64,000 nt of DNA from Octopus vulgaris (taxonomy: Eukaryota), in the NCBI GenBank assembly GCA_951406725.2, contig OX597840.1, forward strand, positions 6,386,001-6,450,000, read 5' to 3'. The notes beneath the pieces are model-generated. The model made no database searches. It was not told the DNA's origin and was given only the letters and a program-made list of their open reading frames with translations. The position numbers and the translations under genes were made by a program. Below, piece by piece: positions 57,220 to 64,000 of this stretch. Position 1 is the first letter of the stretch. Every line of letters begins with the position of its first letter.

Positions 57220-58660
57220 CATCATGTCCTATACAAAAGAAGCCTTGGAAATGTCTGAATTTCAAAGAGGTCGTTTTGTGGGTTAGTCTGAAGGTGGACT
57301 TAGCGTAAAATCGCAGAAAACATTGGGAGCCTGTTTTCTACAGTTAATAGAGTGATGGTGCAATTCGCCAGAAAGAGGAAGGAGTCCACATCATCTCACT
57401 CAGGTCGAGCAGGACCCTTCGCTTTGTTAAGAGAAGTGTGGGGGATAATCCTCGATGCAAGGCCTCTGGCATAGCAGAACAAGTTGATGTCAGTCCCAGA
57501 ACAGCTGTCAGGTATCTCCACAAACATGGCTGTTATGGCAGAGCAGCAAGAAGAGAGCCACTTCGACCAGCCAATATCATGCGGAGAAAAGATTGGGTCA
57601 GTGGGATGGTAGAGAGGCCACTAGCTTTTTGGGGGCACTGTCGTATTCGCTGATGAGTCCAGATTTGCTGTATATTCTGACAGCTGTCGAGTGTGAGTCT
57701 GGAGACTCTGTGATCAAGAATTTGACGTGAAAAGATTGCAGCCAATAATGAAACATGGCGGCTATCCTGCGATGGTCTGGGGTGCAACTTGGAGCAATGG
57801 CTGATCAGAGCTGGTAGAGTGTGAGGGAAATATAAACGCAGTAAATAAGTATCCATATTTCAGAAAGGACATCGGATCTTTTTGGTTTGAACGGCAGTTT
57901 TTAACATAATTTCTAGGTAACTAAAAAATTTTAAACTTTGTATACTGGTAGAATGTGTTTATAAAACATCATTTTCTCTTGGCTTTCTTGAGAAAATTCT
58001 ATGGTTTGTAAGATATTTCGTCTTTAATTTCTTGCATTTCGGCAATTTTAACCAATCAATGACCGTCTATTGAGGTGAAAGCATTCTGTGCCGTATGAAT
58101 ATGTCCCTCCTTTAAGAAACAGATTGGGTTTATTTACATTTGTGAAGAAAAAAATATGGATCTTTTCGGTTTGAACGGCAGTTTTTAACATAATTTCTAG
58201 GTAACTAAAAAATTTTAAACTTCGTATACTGGTAGAATGTGTTTATAAAACATCTTTTTCTCTTGGCTTTCTTAAGAAAATTCTATGGTTTGTAAGATTA
58301 TGTTAAAAACTACCGTTCAAACCGAAAAGATCCAGGACATCTTCCAATATTCTCCAGTGGTGAAATAATTAAAGAAGACTCTATATTTATGGAAGATGGG
58401 GCTCCTTGTCACACGGCTAAAACTAACTAAGATTAGTTAGAAGAGAATGGCATTTAAAAGGTTCCATAGCCAAGCCAGTCACCAGATATAAACCCTTTTG
58501 AACAACTCTGGGGCATAATGGACAAGACAATTTATAAAAAGAAAGAGAAAGTATCCCCAAAGCCAGATTAGTTAAGATTACTGCATTGCATGACTCTTCA
58601 CAAGAAATTCCTCAAGAGAATATTCGTCATCTGATCAGTAACATGCCTAATAGGGTCCTT
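57220..58660 (+). mobile_element. Degenerate Tc1 transposase interrupted by MITEs
   Basis: MSEFQRG, GRAARREPL, ADESRF, FMEDGAPCHTAK, PSQSPDINPFEQLW. Confidence 0.85.
57874..58333. mobile_element. Merlin-like MITE (GG...CC TIRs, 8-bp TSD aggacatc); second family member at ~58661-59071
   Basis: ggatctttttggtttgaacgg ... ccgttcaaaccgaaaagatcc; TSD at 57866-57873 and 58334-58341. Confidence 0.8.
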
Positions 58661-59312
58661 GGATCTTTTAGGTTTGAACGGCAGTTTTTAACATAATTTC
58701 TAGGTAACTAAACACTTTTAAACTTCGTATACTGGTAGAATGTGTTTATAAAACATCTTTTTCTCTTGGCTTTATTGAGAAAATTCTATGGTTTGTAAGA
58801 TATTTGTTGTTTTTTTTTCTTCAATTTCTGTAATTTCAACCAATCACTGACGTCTATTGAGGTAAAAAACATCCTGTGCCGTATGAATATGTCCCTCGTT
58901 TAAGAAACAGATTGGGTTTATTTACATTTGTGAAGAAAAAAGATACCCTTCCCCCCATCCCTAACCCTAAAACAGATTGAAATGCAATAGTTCGATACTA
59001 GGGTCGTAATTATGGGTGACAATTTCATATGACACCGCTAGAAAAAACTGCCGTTCAAACAGAAGAGATTTGCTTTCAAAAATGCAAATATTAGATATTC
59101 ACATTATAATAAGTCAATATCTGTCTACCAGATCTACTCACAAGGCTTTGGTCGGCCCGATGCTATAGCAGAAGACACTTGCTCAAGGTGCCACGTAGTG
59201 GGACTGAACCCGGAACCATGTGGCTGGTAAGCAAGTTACTTACCACACAGTCACTCCTGCGCCTATATTTACCACAGAGCCATTCCTGCGCCTATATACA
59301 TACATACATACA

Positions 59313-59345
<33 letters not shown>

Positions 59346-60103
59346 GCATACATATATGCAGGAGTGGCTGTGTGGTAAGTTGCTTGCTAACCAACCACAT
59401 GGTTCCGGGTTCAGTCCCACTGCGTGGAATCTTGGGCAAGTGTCTTCTGCTGTAGCCCCGGGCCGACCAATGCCTTGTGAGTGGATTTGGTAGACGGAAA
59501 CTGAAAGAAGCCTGTCGTATATATGTATATATATATATATATATAAGTGTGTGTGTATATGTTTGTGTGTCTGTGTTTGTCCCATAGCATTGCTTGACAA
59601 CCGATGCTGGTGTGCTTACGTCCCCGTCACTTAGCGGTTCGGCAAAAGATACCGATAGAATAAGTACTGGGCTTACAAAAGAATAAGTCCCGGGGTCGAT
59701 TTGCTCGACTAAAGGCGGTGCTCCAGCATGGCCGCAGTCAAATGACTGAAACAAGTAAAAGAGAGAAAAGAGTATACATGTATGTGTGTATATGTATTAC
59801 ATACACACGCACATTATACACACCCCACACACATACATACATATTTGTATGCCTATGTGTAAAGAATGCAATTATAATTTGAATATATATGATTAGAGCT
59901 TGAATATGCCTCAAAGCAACTCTCGTGCACACATAAATATACACATCTATACCTCCATCTATTTATATATATATACACGTATATGTATATATACATATAT
60001 ATATACCAAACATGCTAGCTACTTACTTACATACCTACTTGCCTACCTACCTACATACCTACCTACCTACCTACCTTCGTACATACATATATATACATAT
60101 ACC

Positions 60104-60291
<188 letters not shown>

Positions 60292-60328
60292 AATATATAT
60301 ATACATACATACATACATATATACATAT

Positions 60329-60393
<65 letters not shown>

Positions 60394-60479
60394 CGAATGT
60401 GCGTATATGACATAATGTTGACACAACGCCATTGTTCCTTCTGTCGGCAAATATAAAAGCAAAAATTCAAAGAATGAGA

Positions 60480-60509
60480 TTAAATGAGAGAAGCAGAAGA
60501 AAGACAACA

Positions 60510-60541
<32 letters not shown>

Positions 60542-61150
60542 AAAGAAAAGAAGATAATGTAAGAGTAGAGGTGAGAGAAAGCGTAAAAGAGAGGGTAGCC
60601 AATGTGAGAGAAAAGAGGATGAGAGAAAGAGGAAAAGAAGTGGGGCAGCGGTGTGAGGAAACCTAAAAGAGAAGGTAGACAGTGTGAGAGAAAAGAGGAT
60701 GAGAGAAAGAGCAAAGGAACGGGAGGAGAGGTGACATCAAATATTAAAGAGAAGGTAGCAATGTGAGAAAAAAGAGGATGAGAGAAAGAGGCAAATAAGT
60801 GGGGTAGAGGTGGGAGCAAACGTAAAAGAGAAGGTAGCCAATGTGAGATAAAAGTGGATGGGGGGGTAAAGCAAAGCAACGGGAGGAGAGGTGACAGCAA
60901 ATATAAAAGAGAAGGTAGCAAATGTGATATAAAAGAGGACGAGGGGAAAAGCAAAGTAACGGGAGGAGAGGTGACAGCAAATATAAAAGAGAAGGTAGCC
61001 AATGTGAGAGAAAGGAGGATGAGGGTAAAGCAAAGTAACGGGAGGAGAGGTGACAGCAAATATAAAAGAGAAAGTAGCAATGTGAGAAAAAAAGATTAGA
61101 GAAAGAGTAAAACAACTTGGGTGACAGTGACAGCAAACTTTAGAGAGAGG
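60480..61150. repeat. Purine-rich degenerate ~80-bp tandem repeat
   Basis: Recurring aaagagaaggtagc(c)aatgtgaga...gggaggagaggtgacagcaaat. Confidence 0.8.
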
Positions 61151-62499
61151 GTAGCATGGTAGGACTTTTTTTTGTTTTTTGTTTTTGCACCACCTCCTGA
61201 GTTCTTGAAAAAAACAAAAACGGAATAATGGACAAATAATATATTGAAGAAGAAACAATGGAACACTCGTGATTCGTCTCTCTGCCAGGAGTAATAAAAC
61301 TGACATTCTTTTGTGCCATTTCTAAAGAGTACTTGATTAAAATATAAATAAAACGAAAAATTATGTGGTAGATAAAAAAGACGAAAAGAAGAAAGGTGTT
61401 TCGGTGTTTGTATACTTATTATTCTTACTTACCGAAATTATGAATTATAATTTGCGCGTGCAAATCGGGAAATTCGAACGACATACATACATACATACAT
61501 ACATACATACATACATACATACATACATACATACATACTTAGCGGTCCGGCAAAGGAGACCGATAGAATAAGTATTGGGCTTACAAAAGAATAAGTCCCA
61601 GGGTCGAGTTGCTCGATTAAAGGCGGTGCTCCAGCATGGCCGCAGTCAAAAGACTGAGACAAGTAAAAGAGTAAAAGAGTATACATACATAATACATACA
61701 TACATACATACATACAGACATACATACATACATACATATATACATACATACATACATACATACATACATACATAATACATACATACATACATACATACAG
61801 ACATACATACATACATATATACATACATACATACATACAGACATACATACATACATACATACATACATACATACATGCATACATACATAGTACATACATA
61901 CATACATACATACATACATACATACATGTATGCATACATACATACACACATACACACATACATACATACATACATACATACATACATACATACATACATA
62001 CAAACATACAAACATACATACATACATACATACATACATACATACATACATACATACATACTTAGCGGTTCGGCAAAGGAGACTGATTGAATAAGTACTG
62101 GGCTTACAAAAGAATAAGTCCCAGGGTCGAGTTGCTCGATTAAAGGCGGTGCTCCAGCATGGCCGCAGTCAAAAGACTGAAACAAGTAAAAGAGTAAAAG
62201 AGTATACATACATACATACATACATACATACATACATACAGACATACATGATGGCTGCCCCCTCGTTATCGAGTATGGCCATTGCAAAAATCGGTTCGTC
62301 ACAGTCGTGACGACTCAACGGAGTTAGTCACCTCGGTGACAAACTCGTGAGTTGAGAGAGAGCTAACATCTGTTAGTGAACCGACCACTAGAATCATGGA
62401 AGCAGCTGAGACAAAACGGCTAGAGGGAAGAAGAAAGACAACGTCCTACACTCTCTCACTCTCACTAGCTCTAATTCTGTTCTCTTACAACATCATTCT

Positions 62500-62820
62500 A
62501 TCTTTCTCACAAGAACCTGATGCACAAAAGGGATAGAGATGTAAGCACAAGAGACCTGATATTATGATTTCGGATAGAGAAAATGAGAATACCTACGCTG
62601 AACTATTGAGAAATCTGCAGTTACTCTATCCAGACTACAAGTTTAGGTTTATACCTGTAATTATTGGAAGCCCTGGGATGTGTAATACTTTGCCTAAATA
62701 TCAGTCTTGAGACATTAGACTTCTCAAAACCAGAAAGAAGAAAGTTAATTCGAAGACTATAGATCCAATCCATCAGTGGAACTGTAAAAATCTGTAAAAC
62801 TTTCCAGAAGTTTATTTTTT
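62500..62820 (+). mobile_element. 3' fragment of an REL-type non-LTR retrotransposon
   Basis: RPDIMI...YAELLRNLQLLYPDYKFRFIPVIIG. Confidence 0.6.
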
Positions 62821-63729
62821 AAATATGTATACACGTTGCATACGTATACACGTTACGTAAAAGGTATCACATTGGTATATGCAATTATACAAAAGGGTAG
62901 ACAAGACTTTTTAGAGAAGTAGAATAAATTTTATTCAAGGTTTGGATTTTTTTACAAGTCGCTACCGAAGTTTCATTATTCCACTGTTCGGGCGACTGTT
63001 TATAAAAAATGCTGAAGCTGTTTATATACATAAAATTGTTGAAGCTGTTTATATACACTGGCTAAAAACGCTCATTTCCAGCTGAAAAATAAATAGGTGA
63101 GAAAGGAGAAAACTGGTTTCACATATTAGCATTTTGGTAAACATATTAGGATATTGGAAACCTTCCAGGGCCTCATCGATTATAAAGAACAGTGGGTTTT
63201 GGGGATGGTATATGAGGGGCATGAGAATTGGTTTGAGTGGAGTCAAATATAGCGAGGATGAGAAAAACCTGCATGTTGAGGTTTTCTTTACTTTGTTGCT
63301 TTTTATTGTTGGCCTTCGGTGTGGTTGATCAACCAGTCCCCAGTCGAGAATCACAGCCACTGGTTATACCATTCACTGTTTCGCGCGCCGAATACAAAAC
63401 GTGGTGCATATATGAGTATAGGACACCACAAATAAACGCAGAACACAACGAGAGACGAAAACATAAAACCAAACAAGGAAACGGACTTTTTTTAACAACG
63501 AAAAAACAGAGTACAAGACAAACAATACAAGGAATATTCCCCTTCATCAGCTGTCCCTGGTTCGACTCAATGCGTGTTTCGAATGTATATGTATTTATTT
63601 GTGGTGTCCTGTACTCATATACGCATGTATATATACATATAGATGTAGGTATGTACATATATGTATGTATGCATATGTTTTATTTATTAAATTGTTAGTA
63701 TATATATATATATACATATATATATACAT

Positions 63730-63786
<57 letters not shown>

Positions 63787-64000
63787 TTGAAGTTAGCCTC
63801 ATCGCTTGGCAAGGGAATCAGTAATTCAATGTTGGAAATAGAACATACAAAATTTACAGCATGCAGACCGTTTCGGCTATTAAAAGCTCTCCTCAGAGAA
63901 AGGCACATTGCATATCTATGTATGTACGTGTGTATGTCTGTATCTGGTGTTGTTTTGTTTTTTATTTTTACCGTTATTGTTTTTACGTTTTTGTATTCTT

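Noticed and set aside
63535-63585. CTGATGA and GAAAC motifs on - strand
   Set aside because: Could not build consistent stems I-III by eye

Overview
AT-rich, repeat-dense animal genomic DNA. The SINE, MITE and microsatellite repertoire resembles octopus/cephalopod genomes (recognised from memory, not from a search). The window holds the interior of one large + strand mucin-like gene that the ORF track hides. It has a chain of 30-42 nt phase-1/phase-1 Pro/Ser/Thr-rich microexons and two tandem copies of a two-exon, Cys-bracketed discoidin/F5-8-type-C-like domain. These are followed by a >9 kb exon of 21-nt repeats encoding (IPSATTS)n that runs into an assembly gap. All exon phases join in frame; the gene's 5' and 3' ends are not visible. 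Highlights: (1) between the two domain copies, 14 codons change the amino acid and only 1 is synonymous, while an adjacent intron is about 98.5% identical, suggesting gene conversion plus diversifying selection; (2) an intact type I hammerhead ribozyme caps a ~280-nt highly base-paired, retrozyme-like element in sense orientation in an intron; (3) decayed and inverted microexon copies suggest microexon birth-and-death; (4) a Penelope-like GIY-YIG relic lies beside inverted hammerhead-bearing repeats. The rest is SINEs, LINE fragments, Tc1/mariner, Chapaev-, Merlin-, piggyBac- and Helitron-like elements, minisatellites and a 9-kb (ATAC)n array. Coordinates and counts were read by eye; repeat boundaries are approximate.
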